Of a stretch of DNA of 64,000 nt, positions 35,395 to 45,030 are shown piece by piece. The position numbers and the translations under genes are program-made. Every line of letters begins with the position of its first letter. Within the stretch, counting starts at the first letter, position 1. The DNA lies in assembly GCA_977017575.1 (NCBI GenBank), contig CDRNVI010000004.1, forward strand, positions 124,001-188,000, read 5' to 3'. This stretch comes from Paramoeba atlantica (taxonomy: Eukaryota > Protista > Discosea). The notes under the pieces are model-generated. The model was not told the origin of the DNA. It did not search any database and saw only the letters and a program-made list of their open reading frames with translations.

Positions 35395-38300
35395 CTAGCC
35401 GCCCCCTTTCCAGTCGGGTGATTCCCGGTTTAGCCAAATAACAAAGCTACTACGAATTGCTTCGCGTATGGCTTCAAGTTGGCATTCCGTGGACAGCCCT
35501 TTGTCACTCCCAAAAAGGCGGGCTACCTGCCGAAGAGAGGAAGCCGGCAATCCTCTTACACCCACCTCCATACACAGCAGATGTGTGTTCGGGTGATCCA
35601 TCCTGCGGCGATGCAATATATTCTGATATTTTTCCGTTTTGCGGCAGTGTGCCTCCGCGATGTTGTCTTCCCAGGGTACGGTCAGTTCAACGATAAATTC
35701 AGTTCCATCGTGAAGCCTGACCAGGCCATCTGGACGCAGAGTGGTTTCTAGGTCTGCCCACCAACTTGGGAGGTTACGGAGGCCCTCGAGGTCGAATGAG
35801 GCCCAGGAGGTGTTGGGGGAGCCGACGATCGCGTTCGCAAGGACGCTCAACACTCTGTCATGTCGATACGTGTAGCGTCCTTGGTCTAAGGATGTCCTGC
35901 AACCTGAGAGCAGGTGCCTTAAGGTTTCGGGTGCTGAGTTGCAGATACGGCAAGACACACTATTTGCACCATTCTTCCCCCATGTTCTGAGCATGGTCCG
36001 GGTAGGAAGTGGGGCTTGGACCATCACATGTGTAGCGAATCTGCTCAGTGAAGTGCTCCTAAGGCCGTTAATGGCAGCTGCAAAATCTTTCGCCTGATCT
36101 TCCTCCGTGTTCGTGTCCCACCACTGTATGGCAACCGTGGTGCGGCGTCGCAGAGCGTTAATCATACGCTCCTCGTTCAGGTCAATGAGAGTTTTCCTGG
36201 CGCGAGATCGGTCGTTCAAGCAGTGCGTTATGTGAGTTGCGGGCCGTATTTGTCCTTTCAAGCGTCTCTCCTCTTCTTCCCGTATTTTGTTCCGAAGCAC
36301 AGCTGCGGCAGCCGGATCTTTGGATTTCTTTAACTGGCACATAAGGTCTGCAGTACATTCATGCCACAGTTGCGACAGGCTCCTCAGTCCCCAGCCGCGC
36401 GATGAGTAAATTGCTTCGGGACTAGAGCCACGCGCCACGTTAATCCAACGCCGCAGGAAGTTGGTACAGAGTTTCTGGAGTCGGAGGACAAAGTTCATAG
36501 TGATGTACGGGTGGATCGTAAGCGAGAAGCGCAAGCGGGAGATAATGGCATGCTGATATATCCATAGTCGCGAAGGGAGGTCGTGGGCGCTCTTATCGAT
36601 ATTTCTGAGCCATGAATTAATGAGAGGACGTAGCTTCATGAACAGCGCACGGGACTGTTGTGCTCCAGGGGCGATGGTCATGCCCAGAAAGGTGCTACCT
36701 GCATCACAGATTTGGGGAATGGGAATGTGATTGACCAGAATTTGTGGACGGCGTGTCATGTAACCTGGGTGTTCATCGTCCGGTCGCACGGCCATGCATT
36801 GTACCCTACTCTTTTTCACGTTTATAGATAAACCTATTTTGCGGAGGATTGAGGATAGGGCTCCAAGTGCGATTTGTGACTCCTTCGGGTTGCTGGTGAG
36901 GACAGTGAGATCGTCAGCGTAGGCCTTTATAAAGCATTTCGCATTGCCTGGCAGATCGAGTCCGTACGCGGGAAAGTTAAGTGTCATATAACGCAGTACT
37001 ACTTCCATGACGATAAGGAATATAGACGGGGAGAGGGTGTCGCCTTGGAGTACCCCACGTTGCACAGGAATTGTAGAGGAGAGACCTTCATAACACTTTA
37101 TTTGCGTAGACGCTCCGTTATATAAACTACTGATGTACCCGAGGAGAGTCGGGGAGATCTTGGCCCATTGCATCGCCTCAAATATAACATTGTGTGGGAC
37201 TGAACCGAATGCGTTGGATAGGTCCAGTTGGGCTAAGCAGTATTGGAGCTTGTTCTTTCTGTAGTGCTGCAAGATTGCATCCAGCGTCTGAGTGTGTTCC
37301 AGTGTCCCGTTGATGGCCGGTAGGAAACCCTTTTGGATTGATGGATCAATTACTGCTGCCTCGACCAGATGGCGGTTTATTTTGCGACTTATGATCGAAT
37401 GGAGAAGCTTAGCTAGAACACTGATGAGACTGATGGGGCGCCAGTTTTGGGGTTGATCGTGAGCTCCATTTTTATGAATTAGGCGGGTAACAGAGCATTT
37501 CCAGGAAGGTGGGCAAGTGCGATACTTGAGCAACGCGTTGAAGACTGTAGCGATGTGTGAGTGTACGCCGTGACACCGTTTTAGGATGGTATATGTGATG
37601 GTGTCTTGACCTGGGGCACTGCCATTCCTTTTCGAGATTAGAGCGTCGGATATTTCGGTCGGGGTCAGCTCTTCCCATGACATGTCGACAAGAGGACGGG
37701 TCCCAAGCGAGTCAGACGGAGGAATGTGGTATTCCTCTGAAGGAGCAGAAAGTGTATCACCAAAGTGCTTTTCCACGCTGTGCACATCGCATGTAGGATA
37801 GGAGGCTGGGGCTTCAAGACCGATAGGTTTGTCCAATGTTTCGCTAGCGGCGGTCCATGGGTTTCTGTTAAAGCGTTTCAGTGCCCGGCGTTGTTCGAGT
37901 GTTTGCCGCGGTGCGGTGGCCTCCGCATGATAAACCCTTTCACCTTTTTTGGTTTCCTTGATCGTTCGTTTTAAGGCGTTCCTGTCTGCCTTTCCATGTG
38001 TATAGCGTAGTTTTGTCTGCAGTTCTTTTAGGTGCCGGGAGAAGGACGAGGCTATTTTTTCGCTTTCCAAGGGTCTGCATCGGGTCTTTGCGTGACCTTT
38101 CTTTGTGCGGATTAAAAAGCCTTTCGTGGGATTCACGTCGCGAGCAACCTCGTAGGTAGAGACAGATAGTATGGAGCTCAGGAGTTCGGCGTTCCTAACG
38201 GCGGAATCTATGTCTTGTTCAGGAGTGAGTAATGCACTACACCTTTTGAGAGCCTTGGTCTCAACGTCGTGCCACTGTGCGTCCGTTAAGTTGATACATA

Positions 38301-40110
38301 TCTTTCCCCCTTGGATGTACCTGGCTGTTCGGAGTAGGTAATCGAGATCCTGTTCTTTATACTCCTGCAGGTCTGGTGGAACCGCCGAGCGAGGTACTTT
38401 GGATTCCTGGGCAGAGCTGGTCTCGGCGGCAGTGGAACCTGCAGTTGGAGGAGCAGCGGGACCGAAGACTTTACAGCAACGATGAGCACACCCGAGTTTG
38501 TCGCGGCAGGTGTGGCGGCAGGGTTGTGCAAAGGATTGCAAAGAGGGTACACGACTGGGTGGGTCTGCTATGCGATATGCTGGAAGCTCCGGAATAGCTT
38601 CTAAGACCGGCGGAGTTTCGTCGATGGGTGTGTGTCGATGTAGGGTTATCACATAATCTGCAAGCCCGGGAATTTCGGAGCCGTTTAGTCTCTTAAGAAC
38701 GGCTTTACTGAGAGTACCCGGAGAGGAATAGTAATCTGAAAGTTTTAGGGCTGCATCCTGGTACAGAGATACCCAACTGGAGTGGCGCGAAGACTTGTCC
38801 GGGCTTCCGACTTTGTGAATTGTAATGAAATCGCACGCCCCATGGTCCATCAGTTCTTCTACGGAACATCCTCTTACTATGATGTCGTGCGTGGGGTTGC
38901 CAGAGTTCAGCGCCTTCGAAATGGCTGCCTGCGCTCCCTGCAGGGAGCTAATCCTGCTGCGTGTGATTTGACTTTCGCAGGCAGCTCGTACGTCCGGAAA
39001 ATATAACCATTCTTGGGCACTTGCTAGGCGAAGTTTCAGAGGCTTTGATCGGGATTGTATAAAATGTAGGCATTGTTTCCCTTTCTCTGTCGAGCGACGT
39101 CTTTCTACAGGGACCCCCGAATTCCCAGAAGGCACGTCGTGAGGGACCTTCTCGAATACCCATTCCGGAACTTCGTCGTCCGCAGTGCAGAGAGGGAACG
39201 GTGGTTCTGTCAAGAGTCCTTCTGAGTCGTCGGTATGGTGGGGTGACTTTATACGATTAATAAGTAGTTTCTCTACGCCGCGGCGTGTGGGACTAGGCGT
39301 GAACGAGACGTTCCAGGACTCCGGCACTATCGAAAGATTCTGTGGCGGCGATAAAGGGGCAGGGAGGTACGGGACTTTCTCTGCTTTGGAGTTGTCGGAA
39401 GTGTCCACCCCTGCGTCGTGCTCGGGCGTGCTGCTGGGATGGTCGCGATATGGTTCATCAGTTATCCGGTCTGGGGGGTGCTTTTCGGTATCAGAGGAAG
39501 AGATACGTGCGGGTGACGATGTTGTGATGCCAGGGGTAAGCCCTCTTTTGCAGCAAAGGTGGCCACACGTGGTTTTGTCCTTACAGGGATGTTTACATGG
39601 TAGATTGTATGGGTTCTGAGGCTCTGGTTCGGGCTGTCGAGCGCTGAGGCGCAATGTCGGTCCTTCCTGCAGCTTTTCTATAGCGAATTCGGGAGATTCT
39701 CGCTTGGGAGATAGTTGGGACCCTCGGTTTACGGTCTTGGGAGTCATCTTTCTGAGAGGCGGTGGTTTCGCTCGTGCTTCCGGGGGAGGGATGCCAAGGA
39801 GGCCTTTACATAATTCATACGCAAGATTGATAGCTGTTGAGGAGATAGTATGTTGTTTTCCTTCCGGAGGAGAAGAAGGGGATTTCCGAAAGGTGGGCAC
39901 CTTACTTGCTTCACGCTGATCAGCTCTGTTGGCATGCGTTGTAGCAGGGTTGTCGCTGTTTGATCTTGCGATTCCTGGGGCAATCAATTTTCTCTTCGCC
40001 GACATTTCTCCCTCGACGTGTTTCCTTGAGCGTTCGTAGTGGTTGGAGCCCTCGCTTGTGGATCTTCCGTGTTCGAGGAGTTCTGCGCAGTTTGGGGTTT
40101 GCCCGCACAT
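35395..40110 (-). CDS. Retrotransposon ORF2: zinc motifs + reverse transcriptase + CCHC + restriction-like endonuclease (1571 aa)
   Basis: APGQD, NWRPISL, QKGF, DLSNAFGSV, GVLQGDTLSP, AYADD, CRIC..APETLRHLLSGC, RHDRVL, LRPDG, VELTVPWE...KTEKY. Confidence 0.95.
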   Translation of the reverse strand: MCGQTPNCAELLEHGRSTSEGSNHYERSRKHVEGEMSAKRKLIAPGIARSNSDNPATTHANRADQREASKVPTFRKSPSSPPEGKQHTISSTAINLAYELCKGLLGIPPPEARAKPPPLRKMTPKTVNRGSQLSPKRESPEFAIEKLQEGPTLRLSARQPEPEPQNPYNLPCKHPCKDKTTCGHLCCKRGLTPGITTSSPARISSSDTEKHPPDRITDEPYRDHPSSTPEHDAGVDTSDNSKAEKVPYLPAPLSPPQNLSIVPESWNVSFTPSPTRRGVEKLLINRIKSPHHTDDSEGLLTEPPFPLCTADDEVPEWVFEKVPHDVPSGNSGVPVERRRSTEKGKQCLHFIQSRSKPLKLRLASAQEWLYFPDVRAACESQITRSRISSLQGAQAAISKALNSGNPTHDIIVRGCSVEELMDHGACDFITIHKVGSPDKSSRHSSWVSLYQDAALKLSDYYSSPGTLSKAVLKRLNGSEIPGLADYVITLHRHTPIDETPPVLEAIPELPAYRIADPPSRVPSLQSFAQPCRHTCRDKLGCAHRCCKVFGPAAPPTAGSTAAETSSAQESKVPRSAVPPDLQEYKEQDLDYLLRTARYIQGGKICINLTDAQWHDVETKALKRCSALLTPEQDIDSAVRNAELLSSILSVSTYEVARDVNPTKGFLIRTKKGHAKTRCRPLESEKIASSFSRHLKELQTKLRYTHGKADRNALKRTIKETKKGERVYHAEATAPRQTLEQRRALKRFNRNPWTAASETLDKPIGLEAPASYPTCDVHSVEKHFGDTLSAPSEEYHIPPSDSLGTRPLVDMSWEELTPTEISDALISKRNGSAPGQDTITYTILKRCHGVHSHIATVFNALLKYRTCPPSWKCSVTRLIHKNGAHDQPQNWRPISLISVLAKLLHSIISRKINRHLVEAAVIDPSIQKGFLPAINGTLEHTQTLDAILQHYRKNKLQYCLAQLDLSNAFGSVPHNVIFEAMQWAKISPTLLGYISSLYNGASTQIKCYEGLSSTIPVQRGVLQGDTLSPSIFLIVMEVVLRYMTLNFPAYGLDLPGNAKCFIKAYADDLTVLTSNPKESQIALGALSSILRKIGLSINVKKSRVQCMAVRPDDEHPGYMTRRPQILVNHIPIPQICDAGSTFLGMTIAPGAQQSRALFMKLRPLINSWLRNIDKSAHDLPSRLWIYQHAIISRLRFSLTIHPYITMNFVLRLQKLCTNFLRRWINVARGSSPEAIYSSRGWGLRSLSQLWHECTADLMCQLKKSKDPAAAAVLRNKIREEEERRLKGQIRPATHITHCLNDRSRARKTLIDLNEERMINALRRRTTVAIQWWDTNTEEDQAKDFAAAINGLRSTSLSRFATHVMVQAPLPTRTMLRTWGKNGANSVSCRICNSAPETLRHLLSGCRTSLDQGRYTYRHDRVLSVLANAIVGSPNTSWASFDLEGLRNLPSWWADLETTLRPDGLVRLHDGTEFIVELTVPWEDNIAEAHCRKTEKYQNILHRRRMDHPNTHLLCMEVGVRGLPASSLRQVARLFGSDKGLSTECQLEAIREAIRSSFVIWLNRESPDWKGGG

Positions 40111-40856
40111 TGAAATATGGGCTTGGTCAAGTGGCGCAGTACTTTCACCATAAAGCCCCCAGAGTCTCCTGCCAGATTTTGACTCCCATTGTCGCGCGTA
40201 CTGCTTTGTGGATCTAGTCTAGGTGCACTACCGGCGCTCGTACAAGTGGTGTGGAGGTGACGTTTACAACAGGGGTGCCCGCAATTCGCCTTATCCTTGC
40301 AGATATGTTTGCACGGGGCGATAGGTTCAGGTACATCCTTTACTCCTTCAGATGATGGGGCTTCAGAGGACATTGTGTTTGTTTCCGTCCTCCTCGTTAC
40401 ATCGGTAACAGTATTCCCTTGGGATACATGTGTGGTACTATCTTCGGGAACACAGGTAGGAAGAAGATGTCGTTTACAACATGGGTGGCCGCACAGACTC
40501 TTGTCTTTGCAGGGATGCTTGCATTGTGAAATGTTAAGGGGCTGAGTGGACGGCGGATTCGGCGCAGTCTTGCAGCAGGGATGGCCGCATTTTGTTTTCT
40601 CCTTACAAGTATGTTTACATCGCCGGGTCGTATTTATTGCGGTTTCCTTCTTTTCAGTGTTTGTTTTCAGTGAACCTCTCATAGGAGCTTTGGAGCTGAC
40701 TCGGTAGGAGTTTGCATGTTGAGCTGCATGTTCCTTGGCCTCGCGTTCAGCACCTGTCAGAGAGGTGGCGGATCGGCTAGTTACGTTGCCTAGTCTCTTA
40801 TGAGAGTCCTGCAACGCCTGTGAGATTTCCCCACTTCTGGCATGTGGCGAGGTCAT
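39984..40856 (-). CDS. Retrotransposon ORF1 / N-terminal region with three CxHxCKDKxxCxHxCCK motifs
   Basis: First ATG at 40856; overlaps ORF2 by ~127 nt in another frame (programmed or accidental frameshift unknown). Confidence 0.7.
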   Translation of the reverse strand: MTSPHARSGEISQALQDSHKRLGNVTSRSATSLTGAEREAKEHAAQHANSYRVSSKAPMRGSLKTNTEKKETAINTTRRCKHTCKEKTKCGHPCCKTAPNPPSTQPLNISQCKHPCKDKSLCGHPCCKRHLLPTCVPEDSTTHVSQGNTVTDVTRRTETNTMSSEAPSSEGVKDVPEPIAPCKHICKDKANCGHPCCKRHLHTTCTSAGSAPRLDPQSSTRDNGSQNLAGDSGGFMVKVLRHLTKPIFQCAGKPQTAQNSSNTEDPQARAPTTTNAQGNTSREKCRRREN

Positions 40857-40892
40857 GAAGGGTCGTAAAAGTAGGGGAAAATAAACAACAAG

Positions 40893-40923
40893 CAACAAGG
40901 TACAGAAACTGTATAGTTATAGC
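40893..40923 (-). other. SL-exon-like 31-mer joined directly to the retroelement 5' UTR
   Basis: GCTATAACTATACAGTTTCTGTACCTTGTTG followed by CTTGTTGTTT rather than the GTAC donor; 36 nt before the ORF1 ATG. Confidence 0.7.
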
Positions 40924-41838
40924 ACCATCTTGTCGTGTAAAATTTTGAGATCTGCCCGTTCCCGCTGTTTTTCACGAATAAAAACACACTTTTTTAATAT
41001 ATTCTTTACACAGTCATGCTAATATTAGCGGAAAAATCACATGTTCAGCGGCCAGTGGGGAGAAGGGGGGCAATATGAAAATGCGTCACAGCTCTTCGCT
41101 GGGGTGACGAGATCTCTCGTTTGCAACAAAAATAAGCAAAAACAGATAACAAACATTGAATTTGTCACGCCGTGGAATATTTGTCTTTGATTGATTTTTT
41201 CTTGAAACGGTGAAAAATCAACTTTTTCAAGCCGTCCCCGTTATTTTTCGCTTGAAGAGGCCTAAGGGGGTTAGGATATCACTTTCTCGTTCAAAATGAT
41301 GGGATCTGCACGTTCCCATCATTTTTAGATCATTTTAGAAAACGAAAAAAATCTATTTTATTTTTTTGCACCGTCATACCACACCAACTTTAAAAAACAA
41401 ACACTCCGCGGCCAGGGGGCACAAGTGGGCCAATATTAAAAAATAGCGGCGAAGCTCGTTGCTAGGGGAACAAGATCTCTCGTTTGCAATAAAAATAAGC
41501 AAAAACAGATAAAAAATTGAATTTCTCATGAGAGGAAAAATTTTGATGCTCGCCTTGAGGCGTGTGTTGCTAACAACGGGGAAAAGGTGGCAAAATGGTA
41601 ATTCTTCTCTAAAATACTCCACCTTTCATAATTCTTTGTAAGTTCGAACCGAAGAAGCTTTCTAGTTTTATATAAATTTATATAAAACTAGAAAGCTCTC
41701 GAAAAGTTCTAGAAATAGTACTGGTAAAAACGGAGCCCGCGGCGCTTCGCGCCGCGTTGTTCCTTCCTGGGTTGCGTATACAATGAGTAATATGTTACTT
41801 GGTTCTGTATTAAACTTAGGTTTCGTGTTAATAATAAC

Positions 41839-42427
41839 AAAGGGGGGCTCGTTTATTGTTAACATTCGATTATTGTTAACAATGAATTAATTTCGGTTTA
41901 ATTAGTATACATTAGTATAGTTTCATGTTGTATGTTAGCATATAGTTTAATTAATTTCGGTTTTTTCGTGTGGCTTTTGAATTTTTTTGTTCCCTATGGT
42001 CATGTTTTATAGCATTCACGATAAGGAAAATGATGCGCTTAACGATATGCGAAACTATGTTATTGAAACAACAGACTTTCAGTCGCCCGACGATGGCATC
42101 CTCCAGAGATAAAACGTTGAGAAGGCAAGTAAACGGTACCTCACCCGACATCGCACTTCGATTCGCATAACTCAGTTTTGATGAAACTGTATGGCAATTG
42201 AAAACTGCGCAGTTCCCTAAAGAGGTGTCATTGGAGAGTCGTTATTAGCTCTGGCGATTGCCAGTGACCTTCAGCGACCTCCAGAGAGTGCCCAAATACT
42301 CCTCATTGTTAACAAGATTCGAACTTTCATTGCAACTCGTATAATGTTAACATTGGGGGATAAAAGTTCGATTATTGTTCGCAAAAAATGCTCGAAAAAA
42401 TTGTTAACAATAAACGAGCCCCCCTTT
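41839..42427. repeat. 26-bp inverted repeat pair, possible MITE
   Basis: AAAGGGGGGCTCGTTTATTGTTAACA (41839-41864) / TGTTAACAATAAACGAGCCCCCCTTT (42402-42427). Confidence 0.6.
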
Positions 42428-43170
42428 TAAGTGTTTCTACGGTGTTTTTATACAATCAAACCAACTCCAATTGTTTTATGCCACGCAAGAAGGGCGAAGA
42501 AAGGCCTTCCGAGTCGCGCAGTTTGGTTACCCACTACTTGTCATCATCAGGCCAACTATCTCAACGAGAAATTTGTCGACGGAACGAACGAGTGAGGGCG
42601 TACGTTGAATCTCATGGTGAAAAGCATGTGCTCTCTCTTCAATCTTTATTGTCTGAATTCGTACTCCGAGCTAACGCTTTATGTTGGCATGTTCTGTTTT
42701 CTCAAATAGAAATTGAAGAATATGTTGCAAGAAAAGAAATTTTACGTATCGAAGTTACCGAAATGTGTTTTTGCACTCGCAATGTACTGCTTCTCTTATT
42801 TTCAGTGGGAGTGAGAATGAGCATTCACCAGAATCTTCGGACATTCCCTAGAGTTCATCAAGTACTTTGAGTTCATTTGGGCGAACATCCTATTGAGGCA
42901 TGGCTGCTCATAATTTATATAAATACTTTTATAAGTAAATCCATCTCGGTACCAAACACTTATAAAGCTTTATATACTATAAATATAAATCGTCGAAACA
43001 CTTATAGTTTATATTTAAACCCCTGGCCAAAATAAGGCACCCCCCTCTAAAAATTCGATGCTTTGTTTGTTTGAGCTAATTTCAATGGCATTTTGCAGAT
43101 CTCAGTTCGGGATTTATGTCCTTCCACACTTGGTCACTAGTCCTATAGCTATTTATAAAGTGGAAACTAT

Positions 43171-44010
43171 TTACCACTTTTTTACCTTTTCGCCACCTAG
43201 TTTGACGCAGGCCTTCAGTCTACGATCGAAACTTAAGATGGTATCATTTATCATCTCAGTCGGTAAAGAACTCCATGTGTTTAGAATACACCTTTGCAGT
43301 TCGGAAACTGTAGATGGTAGCTTTTCATTTACGTCTTGTTGTACCATTGACCATATGTTTTCAATGGGAAAAAGATCGGGAGAATTTGGGGGCCAATTTT
43401 TTAGTAGATTAATTTTTCGTTTGTTCAGGTAATTTATGGTGGCCTTGGCCGTATGAGCGGTGGCACCATCTTGCTGAAATATTCTTTTGCGGGGGAAATA
43501 AACGTGTTTTAGTGTGTCTATGTATGTTTCGTGGGTAATAGAGGTCCTGCTGGATAAAATTTTTAAGCATCTCCAGTTAATTCCTATAGCACCCCACACC
43601 TGACACTTAGGCGCCCAGCGCACCTTTAGTCTCTTTGCAGGGGTCTCTCCTTTTTTTACTCACATTTTCATTCGATTATCGTTTGTATCAAACACCTTCT
43701 CATCTGAGAATATCAATTTCGATGTGTCCTCTTTGTAATTTAAAGAAAACTGTACGCGTTTTTCTTTTTGTACAGCGGTGAGCCCTTGTGAAATTGGGCG
43801 TGGCCTATATTGATGCCGTGCTTGCCTCAAATCTCGACGAACAGTTCGAGGGCTTGCAGTAACACCCTTTCTGCACAAAACAACAGAAATACGCTTTGAA
43901 CTGTTGTACTTTGGCACCCCTGCCGCATCTTTCTTAGAAATAATGGTTTCAATCCTTTTTTTACGAGACTTTATTTTTTTTTCTGTGGGAATTTCTTTAG
44001 GCTTTTTTTC
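43171..44010 (-). pseudogene. Tc1-family transposase, frameshifted
   Basis: ASPRTVRRDL, LIFSDEKVF, VWGAI, FQQDGATAH...WPPNSPDLFPIENIW (35 residues between the second D and E by my count). Confidence 0.88.
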
Positions 44011-44262
44011 GTCTCAATTTGGGACGTACACAGTATACGCTAGTAAAATTCTAGCGTTCCACACATACCTTCATAGGCAATGCCGCGTTTCATACTTCTC
44101 CCCCCTTATTAAGGGGAAGAAAGAGGAAGAAAGAGGAAGAAAGAGACCTTAAAAGGGTCTTAACAAAGAGGAAGAAAACAAAAGAAAGGGTCTTAACAAA
44201 AGAAAGGGTCTTAACAAAAGAACGTAAGATACATACCATCTCATCTTTTCAAACTTGCTGTC

Positions 44263-44958
44263 ATGCCCAGACTGAATGCTCATCATCCGGACCTTCCCAC
44301 GAGCCTTCTCTGCCCCGGATGTGGTATGGTACTAAATAATCGCGACGCTCTTATTCATATCCCAGGCTGCGCCCAATGTTCTGGATTTAATACCACAGTT
44401 AAACACAACTCGCTCGTAACATTCCTACAACGTCTCTGCCACAAAGCAGGTTTACCCTGCGAAAAGGAGCCCAGAGCCTTCTCGTCTTGGAAATGTATGA
44501 CATGTGGGATTAACATCAATCCAGAAAATCGGATAATGCACCTGAAAATATGTGCAGGGCGGCGTCTATGCCGGTCCGGTCCGGACCTGGTTGTCTACTG
44601 GAATAATGGCGAAGTTTTTGATGACCTTACGGTCATACACGAACTCTCATCCAGTAATCGTTCCAAAAAGTGCTCCCAACTTATGAACGAAGCGATCAAA
44701 AAGAAAAGCAACGCATACGTTAAAACCGAAGTGATAAGGGAAGAAAGCTTCGAGTGTCTACCTGTGCTGTCAGGAGGCGGCCTTCACCGTAACACCCAAA
44801 GACTGATTCAAACCCTTGCCGACGCAGCAGGACTTGACCGCCAAATCGTGGAACTCGATTTTAAATTGTTGGTGCAGGAGTTGAACGGAATCGAAGTGTA
44901 TTCTCAACTCCGCAAATACTTGGATGGAGATCGTGACACGCTAGAATTTAGTCTATAA
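44263..44958 (+). pseudogene. 3' fragment (CCHC + RLE) of a CRE-like element, same family as 51106-54059
   Basis: LLCPGC...HIPGC...KHNSLV...CEKEP...SGPDLVVYW...DLTVIH...KK. Confidence 0.8.
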
Positions 44959-45030
44959 TAGATACACAGTGTACTTATTACACTTAACTTCCGTTCAATA
45001 AAAGGAATATAAAATAAAATATAAATTAAT

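Larger units (their letters stand above)
35290..40923 (-). mobile_element. Apparently full-length NeSL/HERO-like (R2/R4 group) non-LTR retrotransposon
   Basis: Overlapping ORF1 and ORF2 with RT and RLE; an SL-like exon marks the 5' end; the 3' boundary is approximate. Confidence 0.8.

Noticed and set aside
42388-42870. Possible HTH N-terminus of another Tc1/IS630 transposase
   Set aside because: Only weak resemblance, and no catalytic motifs follow
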